This document shows, one piece after another, positions 42,750 through 50,314 of a stretch of 64,000 nt of DNA. The stretch comes from Bacilli bacterium (GTDB lineage Bacteria > Bacillota_I > Bacilli_A > RFN20 > CAG-826). Position 1 is the stretch's first letter, and each line of letters opens with the position of its first letter. The notes below the pieces were generated by a model, which was not told the origin of the DNA, did no database searches, and worked only from the letters and a program-made list of their open reading frames with translations. A program made the position numbers and the translations under genes. The stretch spans positions 10,758 to 74,757 of the forward strand of contig JAGCDH010000021.1 in assembly GCA_017651165.1 (NCBI GenBank), read 5' to 3'.

Positions 42750-42817
42750 GAAATAAAAATGCCAATTGCCTATTTCTAATTCAGTGGTTAATATTTACCA
42801 CCCAAGGCAACTGGCAA
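42750..42817 (-). terminator. Second conserved leader hairpin, copy 2, with a terminator-like U-tract
   Basis: RNA UGCCAGUUGCCU...(inner hairpin GUGGU/ACCAC)...AGGCAAUUGGCA followed by UUUUUAUUU. Relative to copy 1 it shows compensatory differences. Confidence 0.5.
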
Positions 42818-42821
42818 TCTT

Positions 42822-42932
42822 TCTAAGAATATAAAACCTCAACTGCGATAAACAAGTTGAGGTTGCTGGCTATCTTATTAAGACCCTATAGTTTTGCGTC
42901 GCCGGATTTCTCCGGTTTTGCTTTTTTCTCGT
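42822..42932 (-). promoter_or_regulatory. GEMM-I-type cyclic-dinucleotide riboswitch-like aptamer plus intrinsic terminator (copy 2)
   Basis: The aptamer core is identical to copy 1 except for the tetraloop (CCGGA-GAAA-UCCGG vs GCAA); both are GNRA. The terminator is AACCUCAACUUG/CAGUUGAGGUU with a U-rich tail. Confidence 0.65.
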
Positions 42933-42937
42933 TTATA

Positions 42938-42966
42938 TTTTTACCATCATCTTTAAAAGATGTCAA
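42938..42966 (-). promoter_or_regulatory. Sigma-A-type promoter for riboswitch copy 2 / operon A
   Basis: On the minus strand: TTGACA, a 17-nt spacer ending in TGG (extended -10), then TAAAAA. Confidence 0.5.
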
Positions 42967-43032
42967 ATATTTTTTGTTTTAACAAAATAAAGATGATTAT
43001 TTTAGAAATTAATTTCTAGGGCTCTTTCGCTA

Positions 43033-43056
43033 GAAAAGCATATAAAATATGCTTAT
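43033..43056 (-). terminator. Intrinsic terminator after dfx
   Basis: RNA AAGCAUAU-UUU-AUAUGCUU followed by UUCU. The stem is AU-rich, so this is weak to moderate. Confidence 0.45.
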
Positions 43057-43058
43057 TT

Positions 43059-43430
43059 TTAGGCTTTGTATAATCCGTGGAGATTACAGTATTCGTAAAC
43101 CGCTTTGACGTTTTCGCCTGGTAAAAGAGCGAATTCTGCTTCTGGGGCTTGACCTGGTTTAAGCACTTTTCTTTGATTTCCCCTATCGGTTTCAACGGCG
43201 ATCCACTGAATATAATGAGCATCTAACATTGGGTGATCAACTTCACCAATTCTCACTTTCAGAATGTTACCTTCTTGTTTATAGACTGGTAAGTGCTTTT
43301 CGTGAGCGCCATCTTCAGTATTAACTGGAATCTCTTCCATCGCTTCACCACAGCACTTGGTTGGGCATGTTGAACAATCATTAACCATAGCGACGATTTT
43401 GCCACATATTTTGCATCTTAAAAATTTCAT
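43059..43430 (-). CDS. dfx: Desulfoferrodoxin (2Fe superoxide reductase)
   Basis: N-terminal desulforedoxin-like Cys cluster (CKIC...C..CC) plus a neelaredoxin-type domain (EKHLPV, HPM, YCNLHGL). GGAG SD. Confidence 0.85.
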   Translation of the reverse strand: MKFLRCKICGKIVAMVNDCSTCPTKCCGEAMEEIPVNTEDGAHEKHLPVYKQEGNILKVRIGEVDHPMLDAHYIQWIAVETDRGNQRKVLKPGQAPEAEFALLPGENVKAVYEYCNLHGLYKA

Positions 43431-43506
43431 GATGTATGTCTCCTTTGAGTTAGATATCTACTATCATTCTACAAATAAATATTTATTTCACAAATAATAT
43501 TTTTCT

Positions 43507-43851
43507 TTAGTTATTCTCGCTTAATATCTCTTTGCAATATTTGTTTAGAGGCCCGATATCTCTAACGATGGTATCCCATATCTTATCTAAATCAATTGTG
43601 CCATAGCCATGACCAATTTTGTCTCTCATTCCTTTGATGTGCTTCCAAGGAACACCTCCGTATTTTTTAACGAATTCTGAATCAAAGTTTTTGGCCAATT
43701 CTCCTATTTGGAAAATGTTAAAACAAATAATTTCTCTAAGATCCTCATCGGAATCAAATCTAGCCCTATCAAGCGAAATCGTTTTCGATTCAATTTTGTC
43801 ACAATGTTTAATAATGTTTAGGAGCAAGCCTTTTTCTTTAACAGTTAACAT
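43507..43851 (-). CDS. hepT: HepT-like (DUF86) RNase toxin of a type VII toxin-antitoxin pair
   Basis: Carries the Rx4HxY motif (MRDKIGHGY), is 114 aa long, and overlaps the upstream NTase gene by 7 nt. Confidence 0.75.
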   Translation of the reverse strand: MLTVKEKGLLLNIIKHCDKIESKTISLDRARFDSDEDLREIICFNIFQIGELAKNFDSEFVKKYGGVPWKHIKGMRDKIGHGYGTIDLDKIWDTIVRDIGPLNKYCKEILSENN

Positions 43852-44300
43852 AGTTTTATCAAATCTCCTTCTAGTTGTTGCCTAAAATAATCGTCCATTA
43901 ATGATCCGATAAAAACTATATCAACTTCTTTGCCCAAGGCTTCTTCTAATTCGTCTTCGAAAAAGCCTTGATCAATAAGGGTTTTAATGTCGCCGCTTTC
44001 GCAATAGATATCAATATCACTCTTGTTTGTGGCCTCGCCTCTAGCATAACTACCAAAAAGGTATACTTCATGAATATTGTGCTTAGCCATGATTGGCAAC
44101 ATTCTCGTTTTTATCTGTTTAATCGTTAAAACAGATGGATCAATATTATTTTCAATCAAACTAACAATGTATTTATTCTTATTTGAAACACTATTTAGTT
44201 TATTGATTACTTTAATATTATCTTTTCTAACGCGAAAAGGAAACATTTTATATGTTTCTTTATTAAAACTATCGATGTACTTCTGCTGATTAAAGGCCAT
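43845..44300 (-). CDS. mntA: MntA-like nucleotidyltransferase antitoxin with an approximately 60-aa N-terminal extension
   Basis: Minimal NTase motif YLFGSYARGEATNKSDIDIY. The N-terminal extension FPFRVRKDNIKVINKL...KYIVSLIENNI looks ribbon-helix-helix-like. Confidence 0.7.
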   Translation of the reverse strand: MAFNQQKYIDSFNKETYKMFPFRVRKDNIKVINKLNSVSNKNKYIVSLIENNIDPSVLTIKQIKTRMLPIMAKHNIHEVYLFGSYARGEATNKSDIDIYCESGDIKTLIDQGFFEDELEEALGKEVDIVFIGSLMDDYFRQQLEGDLIKLC

Positions 44301-44411
44301 TCTCTAATTCCTTCATACATATGCTATCATATGCAAAGTAAGTAGTCAATCAATTAAAAGCAAAGAATAAGAAATTAAGACAAAATAATACTCTGTATTA
44401 CTCACTAAATT

Positions 44412-44438
44412 TTAGCACTCTACTTGACTAAGTGCTAA
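44412..44438 (+). promoter_or_regulatory. CIRCE (HrcA operator) upstream of htpG
   Basis: TTAGCACTC-N9-AAGTGCTAA compared with the consensus TTAGCACTC-N9-GAGTGCTAA (one mismatch). Confidence 0.8.
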
Positions 44439-44451
44439 ATACGACTACAAT
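44424..44451 (+). promoter_or_regulatory. Sigma-A-type promoter of htpG, overlapping CIRCE
   Basis: TTGACT (inside the CIRCE spacer), 16 nt, then TACAAT. Confidence 0.5.
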
Positions 44452-44499
44452 TATAGTGGACCAACAATCCTGGGCTTAAATAGCAAAAGGAGAAATATC

Positions 44500-46419
44500 A
44501 TGAAAGAAATTAAGAAATTTGAAACCGAAAGTAAAGAGTTATTAAACTTGATGATTAACTCGATTTACTCCAATAACGAGATCTTTTTAAGAGAACTCAT
44601 TTCCAATGCCTCTGATGCGATTGATAAATATAAATATTTATCTTTGACTAGTAAAGGCCAAGTGCCATTACTCGATCACGATATCCATATCGCATTAGAT
44701 AAAAAGAATAGAACTATCACCATTTCCGATAATGGTATCGGTATGTCTAAAGAAGATTTAATGAATAATTTAGGCACGATTGCTAGAAGTGGTTCTAAAG
44801 ACTTTATGAGCAAAGTCAAAGAAGCCAAAGAAAAAGGCAATATCGATATCATTGGTCAATTTGGTGTGGGCTTCTATAGTGCTTTTATGGTGGCCTCTAA
44901 AATCGATGTCTTAACTAAGACTTATGATGGAGAAGCATACTTATTCTCTTCTGAAGGTGAAGATAGTTATTCGATTGAAGAAGCCAAGAAAGATGAAGTG
45001 GGCACCACGATTACTTTGTATTTAAAGAAATCATCTAAAGAAGTTGATTACGATAAATACTTAGAAGAATACCAAATCAAAGATTTAGTGAAACGCTACA
45101 GCGATTATATCCGTTACCCAATCAAGATGATGTGCACTACCCACAAACCAAAACTTGATAAAGATGGTAATGAGATTAAAGGTGAAACCGAAGAAGTTAA
45201 AGAAGAACAAACTCTTAACTCCATGGTGCCACTTTGGAAAAAGAACAAAAAAGATGTCACCGACGAAGAATTAAATAAGTTCTATAAAGATAAGTTTATG
45301 GATTATGAAGATCCCGCGATTTCTTTATTCGTATCCGTAGACGGTAAGATTACATATAATTCCTTATTATTTATTCCTTCACACGTGCCATATAACTTAT
45401 ATAGTGAGAACTATGAAAAAGGTTTACAACTTTATTCTAAAGGTGTCTTTATCAAAGATAAGGCTCCAGAATTAATCCCAGATTATTTGAAGTTTGTGAA
45501 AGGTCTCGTTGATTCTCCAGACCTTAACTTAAATATCTCTAGAGAAATTCTCCAACACTCTCCAATCATGGAAAAGATCGCGGAGAACGTGGAAAAGAAA
45601 GTTGTTGATAAATTAAAAGAAGTTCTCAAAGAAAATAAAGAAAAATACATTAAATTCTGGAAGAACTTTGGGGAACATATCAAATATGGTATCTATTCCA
45701 CTTATGGTGGTAAGAAAGAATTGCTTGAAGATGTCTTATTGTTCCATTCGTTAAACAATAATGATGACTACATTACTCTTAAAGAATACAAAGAGAAGAT
45801 GTCTAAAGATCAAAAGGCTATCTACTTTGTTTCTGGCGAATCCTTAGATGCGATTAAGCTATTACCTCAAATTGAAAGATATAAGAAACTCGGTTATGAC
45901 GTCTTGTTGCTTGACCAAAAAATTGATGAGTTCTGCATTATGATGATGCATGAATACGACAAAGTCGAATTCAAGTCCATCACTGATGATGCGACGAACG
46001 AAATCAGCAAAGAAGAACAAGAAAAGATTGATACCACTACTGCGGAGTCAAAGAGACTACTTGATAACCTCAAAGAAGGTTTGAAAGATGAAATCGATGA
46101 TGTCGTTATCTCTTCTAAACTCGTTGATTCACCACTTTGCTTAAGCACAAAAGATGGCTTGTCATTAGAAATGGAAAAGACACTTAATGAACAACCTGGT
46201 AATGAAGAAAAAGTCAAAGCCAAGAAAGTGCTTGAAATCAATCCAGAGCATGACCTCTTCAAAGCGTTTGCCGCTATTCAAGATCAAGATGACTTAGTCA
46301 AAGAATATGCTTCAGTGCTATATGATGAGGCAATGCTTCTTGAAGGCAGAGAAATCACCAATAAGAAAGAGTTCGTGAGAAAACTCAATGAACTAATGAT
46401 AAAAGCTTTCTCCAAATAA
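44500..46419 (+). CDS. htpG: Molecular chaperone HtpG (Hsp90)
   Basis: Contains FLRELISNASDAIDK and GQFGVGFYSAF, is of full Hsp90 length, and has an AAAGGAG SD. Confidence 0.9.
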   Translation: MKEIKKFETESKELLNLMINSIYSNNEIFLRELISNASDAIDKYKYLSLTSKGQVPLLDHDIHIALDKKNRTITISDNGIGMSKEDLMNNLGTIARSGSKDFMSKVKEAKEKGNIDIIGQFGVGFYSAFMVASKIDVLTKTYDGEAYLFSSEGEDSYSIEEAKKDEVGTTITLYLKKSSKEVDYDKYLEEYQIKDLVKRYSDYIRYPIKMMCTTHKPKLDKDGNEIKGETEEVKEEQTLNSMVPLWKKNKKDVTDEELNKFYKDKFMDYEDPAISLFVSVDGKITYNSLLFIPSHVPYNLYSENYEKGLQLYSKGVFIKDKAPELIPDYLKFVKGLVDSPDLNLNISREILQHSPIMEKIAENVEKKVVDKLKEVLKENKEKYIKFWKNFGEHIKYGIYSTYGGKKELLEDVLLFHSLNNNDDYITLKEYKEKMSKDQKAIYFVSGESLDAIKLLPQIERYKKLGYDVLLLDQKIDEFCIMMMHEYDKVEFKSITDDATNEISKEEQEKIDTTTAESKRLLDNLKEGLKDEIDDVVISSKLVDSPLCLSTKDGLSLEMEKTLNEQPGNEEKVKAKKVLEINPEHDLFKAFAAIQDQDDLVKEYASVLYDEAMLLEGREITNKKEFVRKLNELMIKAFSK

Positions 46420-46426
46420 ACAAAAG

Positions 46427-46449
46427 ACCTGGCAGAGCCAGGTTTTTTA
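46427..46449 (+). terminator. Intrinsic terminator after htpG
   Basis: ACCUGGC-AGA-GCCAGGU followed by U6. Confidence 0.8.
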
Positions 46450-46457
46450 ATTCCTAC

Positions 46458-46485
46458 TTGTTTTAGACAAATGAGATGTTATAAT
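46458..46485 (+). promoter_or_regulatory. Strong extended -10 promoter
   Basis: TTGTTT, 16 nt, then TGTTATAAT. It lies immediately upstream of the structured region. Confidence 0.55.
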
Positions 46486-46489
46486 ATAC

Positions 46490-46745
46490 CCGAAGAACGG
46501 AGCCTCCTAGACTACAATGGGTATTGGTTAGAATAGGACCCTTCTTTTTATTTTAGTAACCATATTACCAAAACCAAGAAAAGGCAGATTAAGCTGAGCC
46601 TTAGAAGCCAAAAAACTCCTTTTGTTTCATCTTTCATGGGCTTTGCCTCCTTTCTGAGAAAACTAACAATAGGGTCTATTGATAGTCGTTCAGTCCAGGA
46701 GGTTTCCGTTCCGAGGTATTTTAACGTCGTGCCTGGGACGGTGGA
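46490..46745 (+). ncRNA. Candidate structured RNA: an approximately 220-nt rod-like fold (6S-like?) or a long glyA leader
   Basis: No ORF, and locally GC-enriched. Closing helix is GAACGGAGCCUCCUAGACU (46495-46513) with AGUCCAGGAGGUUUCCGUUC (46692-46711). Nested helices are GACUAC/G(A)UAGUC, AAUAGGACCCU/AGGGUCUAUU and AGAAAAGGCA/UGCCUCCUUUCU. Confidence 0.4.
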
Positions 46746-46916
46746 ACCATAATATAAGATTTGTATATAATAATCAAAGATTATTTTTCGAGCGGTTTGC
46801 TCATAAGTATATTTATATTAGCTAGTATGAAATATTAGTCTAATAGAAATATATAATATAAATATTCTTATGGCCTTTTTAAACTTTTTCGTTTATGATA
46901 ACGACAAGTGAATTTT

Positions 46917-48125
46917 ATGGATCAAGAAATTAATAAATATCTATTATTAGAACAAGATAGGCAAAACAATGGCATCGAACTCATTGCTAGTGAAAACTAC
47001 ACTAGTAAAGAGATTAGAGAAATGTGTGGATCTATCCTCACCAATAAATACGCTGAAGGATATCCGGGCAAGAGATACTATGGCGGTTGTGAGTTTGTCG
47101 ATCGTATAGAATGCATTGCTATTGAAAGAGCATGTCAATTATTTGGTAGTAAGTTTGCTAATGTTCAACCTCATAGCGGTTCACAAGCTAATGCTGCTGC
47201 TTATAGGGCATTACTTCCAGAAGGTGGTAAGATCTTATCTTTAGTTCTTAATGATGGCGGACATTTAACACACGGGTCGCCTGTTTCTTTCTCCTCGCAT
47301 TTATATACATTTGTGCATTATCCACTAAATAATGGCCATTTGGATTATGATGAAATCAAAAGAATCGCTTTAGAAGAAAAGCCAGACTTAATCCTTTCTG
47401 GATATAGCGCTTATCCATATGCAATCGATTTTAAAAGATTTAAAGAAATTGCTGATAAAGTCGGTGCTTACTTTATGGTTGATATGGCGCATATCGCTGG
47501 TTTAATTGCTTCTGGCGCTCACATGAATCCTGTGCCATACGCTGATGTGGTCACTTCCACCACTCATAAGACATTAAGAGGCCCGAGAGGGGGCTTAATC
47601 CTTTGTAACGATGAAGAAATCGCTAAGAAGATTAACTCTGCGATTTTCCCATATTATCAAGGTGGACCATTAGAGCACATCATTGCCGCGAAAGCCATTT
47701 GTTTCAAAGAAGCAATGAGTAACGAATTTAAAGAATACATCAATAACGTTGTGATTAACACAAAAGCTTGTGCGGATAAATTACAAGAATTAGGGGCTAA
47801 TGTTTCTGGAACAGATAATCATTTATTTAATATGAATGTTTTAGAAACTTATGGTATGACCGGTAAAGACGCTCAAATTGCTTTAGAAGAGATTGGTATT
47901 GCCACAAACAAGAACATGATTCCTAATGATACGCTTCCACCAAGCAAGGCTAGTGGTTTACGTATCGGCTTTGCCGCGGTGACCACAAGAGGTTGCACTA
48001 AAGCACAAGCGGAAGAAATCGCTGTTATTATTCACCAATACTTAAACAAATCTTTAGATAAAGAAAAAGCCCAAGCTTTAGTGAAGAAACTCACTACTTC
48101 TTGGAAGCAAATTCAAAATATCTAA
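46917..48125 (+). CDS. glyA: Serine hydroxymethyltransferase
   Basis: Contains ELIASENY, the PLP-Lys motif [12 protein letters not shown] and VDMAHIAGL. The track start is a GTG at 46908; I prefer the ATG at 46917. Confidence 0.9.
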   Translation: MDQEINKYLLLEQDRQNNGIELIASENYTSKEIREMCGSILTNKYAEGYPGKRYYGGCEFVDRIECIAIERACQLFGSKFANVQPHSGSQANAAAYRALLPEGGKILSLVLNDGGHLTHGSPVSFSSHLYTFVHYPLNNGHLDYDEIKRIALEEKPDLILSGYSAYPYAIDFKRFKEIADKVGAYFMVDMAHIAGLIASGAHMNPVPYADVVTSTTHKTLRGPRGGLILCNDEEIAKKINSAIFPYYQGGPLEHIIAAKAICFKEAMSNEFKEYINNVVINTKACADKLQELGANVSGTDNHLFNMNVLETYGMTGKDAQIALEEIGIATNKNMIPNDTLPPSKASGLRIGFAAVTTRGCTKAQAEEIAVIIHQYLNKSLDKEKAQALVKKLTTSWKQIQNI

Positions 48126-48129
48126 TTTA

Positions 48130-48537
48130 TTAGATTGATAAATCCACTTTACGGGTTTGGACAGCTAAGCCATAGTGTTTTAATCCCGCGATAAAGTTTT
48201 TAGAATTGTCTTTATCTTGATTGAAATAGTAGAAATATGTCACAGTTTTAGAATTCTTCATCACTATTGCTAATCTATTTAAACCTTCTAAGTCTTTGTT
48301 TTTAATAATAACTTCGTTAACAATCATTTTGATTTCATTTAGGAAGAAGCGTCTTTTAACGGAGTATGTCCAATCATCGCCAAGAACACTGTCGGGAGCG
48401 TGGTCGTTATAAATAAAAAGGGTGTTTTCTTCGACCGCCATTAAGGCTTGGTTAAATAGCTCACCTTCATTAAACTTAAAAAGACCTGGTAAAAAAGCAC
48501 GTCCTTTTTCGATATCTTCTGCGAATATATTTTCCAT
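48130..48537 (-). CDS. Hypothetical cytoplasmic protein (135 aa)
   Basis: Clean ORF, convergent with glyA; no motif I recognise. Confidence 0.45.
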   Translation of the reverse strand: MENIFAEDIEKGRAFLPGLFKFNEGELFNQALMAVEENTLFIYNDHAPDSVLGDDWTYSVKRRFFLNEIKMIVNEVIIKNKDLEGLNRLAIVMKNSKTVTYFYYFNQDKDNSKNFIAGLKHYGLAVQTRKVDLSI

Positions 48538-48608
48538 AGCAATATTATATATTTTTTATCATTTAAGTGAACTTTTCTTTTTCGTTGTGCTAATATCTTA
48601 CGTGGACT

Positions 48609-48854
48609 ATGAAAGACGACTCCGAAAAACTCATTATCGCAACACTAGATAAAATCAGACATTTCTTACAAAGAGATGGCGGCGATGTCGAATTCGTCTC
48701 CTTTGAAGATGGTGTGGTTTTTGTCAAATTACATGGTGCTTGTGCGGACTGCGCTTACGCTGATAACGACATCAAAGATCTAGTGGAAGTGATTTTGCAA
48801 GAAGAAGTTCCTGGGGTCACTGAAGTACGTTTATATAATCCAGAAAATAAATAG
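48609..48854 (+). CDS. NifU/Nfu C-terminal-domain Fe-S cluster protein
   Basis: IRHFLQRDGGDVEFV...LHGACADCAY (CxxC) is typical of an Nfu-type domain. Confidence 0.75.
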   Translation: MKDDSEKLIIATLDKIRHFLQRDGGDVEFVSFEDGVVFVKLHGACADCAYADNDIKDLVEVILQEEVPGVTEVRLYNPENK

Positions 48855-48856
48855 AT

Positions 48857-48931
48857 TGGGGTGTAGCCAAGCGGTAAGGCAGTGGACTCTGAATTCACCA
48901 TTCACTGGTTCGATCCCAGTCACCCCAGCCA
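48857..48931 (+). tRNA. tRNA-Gln (anticodon CUG)
   Basis: Manual cloverleaf: acceptor UGGGGUG/CACCCCA (U1-A72, G73, encoded CCA), D arm GCCAAGCGGUAAGGC, anticodon stem GUGGA/UUCAC with loop CU-CUG-AA, and T arm ACUGG-UUCGAUC-CCAGU. Confidence 0.9.
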
Positions 48932-48934
48932 AAA

Positions 48935-48961
48935 GAAAAAGACTAGTTAATCTAGTCTTTT
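48935..48961 (+). terminator. Hairpin terminator after tRNA-Gln (potentially bidirectional)
   Basis: AAAGACUAG-UUAA-UCUAGUCUUU followed by U. Confidence 0.65.
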
Positions 48962-49364
48962 AATTTGATAAAACTCTTATTAGTTTTTCTTTATCGTGTT
49001 GGCTGATACCCATTTCTTTCATTTTCGTATTCCATGCTCTTTTGCAGGGTGTCTTATGAAGAAAAGACACTTTGCTAGGGTAAGATAGCCTATAATCTTC
49101 GGTTCCATCTTTCCTGTGATATTTAGTTATTCTCGCATTAAACTGAAGCCATTGTCGAACTTGTGGCAGAAGCGAGCAAAACCTTCTACCACAATTCATC
49201 CAAACATGATCCGCAACAGGTTCTCCATTGCACATTACTTTTGTAAGAAGAATGGTCTTAAGAGGGAGATTGTTAATAAAGCCTCTTTTGAAAGAATACT
49301 TAGTAACTCTTGCTATGAACGTATAGCGTTTCTCGGCTCCGAGCCGTTTCAATCTTTTTCTCAT
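48960..49364 (-). CDS. Basic 134-aa hypothetical protein
   Basis: ORF rich in K/R and Cys; ATGA overlap with the upstream RhuM-Doc gene. Confidence 0.45.
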   Translation of the reverse strand: MRKRLKRLGAEKRYTFIARVTKYSFKRGFINNLPLKTILLTKVMCNGEPVADHVWMNCGRRFCSLLPQVRQWLQFNARITKYHRKDGTEDYRLSYPSKVSFLHKTPCKRAWNTKMKEMGISQHDKEKLIRVLSN

Positions 49365-50314
49365 ATGAGTAAGTTCATAATTAACTTAACAATGATTTCC
49401 ATTTCCAGAGGGTTGCTTTCAGCGGTCAAAATAGTAATAGCCACAAGAGCCTCGTTAGAAATAATCTGTTTGTTGTTTTTATACAAGTGATTGTTCTTAT
49501 ATAAAAAATTGATAAATAATGTAGCTGCGATTCTTTTACAACCATCGGCAAAAGGATGATCCTTAACAAGAAAATAAAGTAAGTGGGCAGCCTTCTCCTC
49601 TATCGAAGGGTACAGCTCTTGACCGAAGACATTTTGATAAACCTGCTCGATGATGCCGTTCAATTTGCCTTGTTCTTTTTCAACACCAAAGACATCTGAC
49701 CTATCATTGAACTTCATAGAATCAATAATGTCTCTTGCTTCTTGATAAGACATCACATAAGCGGATTTCTCGCCTTTTGGCTTTATGAGTGTTTGATGAT
49801 CATAATTATCGAGAAGATCTAACGCTCTAGTGTATTCATTGATGACTTTGCTTAGCTCTTCTTTGTCGATATTCAAAGAATATGAGAGCATCCTAATTTG
49901 AATATCGATTGTTTTTCCAAGGGCTTCTAATCTTTTTTGATTGGCGGCGAAACCTCTGATTAAATAATCTTTCAAGGTCTTGTTTGCCCACCTTCTAAAT
50001 TTGATGCCACGCGAAGATTTCACACGATAGCCAACAGAAATAATCATGTCTAAGTTATAAAGATAAACAGTTCGATTGACCAATCTGTTACCTTCTTTTT
50101 GAACTACCGAGGATTTCTCGGTTGTTGAATCATCAAGCTCCCTCTCCTTTAATATGTTTTTGATGTGGAGGCTGATTGTATCGGAATCTACTCCGAACAA
50201 AAAAGCCATTTCTTTTTGTGTCAACCACACAGTCTCATTTTCTGAATCAGCGCGAACGTCTAATTCAAAATCATTGTCAATAAACCTGACTAAATCAAAT
50301 TTGTCCTTTTTCAT
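49361..50314 (-). CDS. RhuM-family N-terminal domain fused to a Doc/Fic-type (death-on-curing-like) domain
   Basis: The N-terminus VWLTQKEMAFLFGVDSDTISLHIKNI...ISVGYRVKSSRGIKFRRWA is RhuM-like. The C-terminus HPFADGCKRIAATLF follows the Doc motif HxFxDGNKR, with N replaced by C. Confidence 0.6.
   Translation of the reverse strand: MKKDKFDLVRFIDNDFELDVRADSENETVWLTQKEMAFLFGVDSDTISLHIKNILKERELDDSTTEKSSVVQKEGNRLVNRTVYLYNLDMIISVGYRVKSSRGIKFRRWANKTLKDYLIRGFAANQKRLEALGKTIDIQIRMLSYSLNIDKEELSKVINEYTRALDLLDNYDHQTLIKPKGEKSAYVMSYQEARDIIDSMKFNDRSDVFGVEKEQGKLNGIIEQVYQNVFGQELYPSIEEKAAHLLYFLVKDHPFADGCKRIAATLFINFLYKNNHLYKNNKQIISNEALVAITILTAESNPLEMEIIVKLIMNLLI

Noticed and set aside
43016-43222. A 68-aa ORF overlapping the 3' half of dfx in another frame.
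   Set aside because: It is nested in the well-supported desulfoferrodoxin CDS and extends into its terminator; it is an alternative-frame artefact.
46490-46907. A ZTP (pfl), THF, glycine or T-box riboswitch upstream of glyA. The cue was fragments such as GUCGUG, CCUGGG and GGUGGAACC at 46725-46750.
   Set aside because: The fragments are in the wrong order and spacing for the ZTP pseudoknot (GACUGGCG ... CCGCCUGGGC). There is no T-box ACCGCG continuation or Stem I specifier architecture. No THF or glycine consensus blocks are present.
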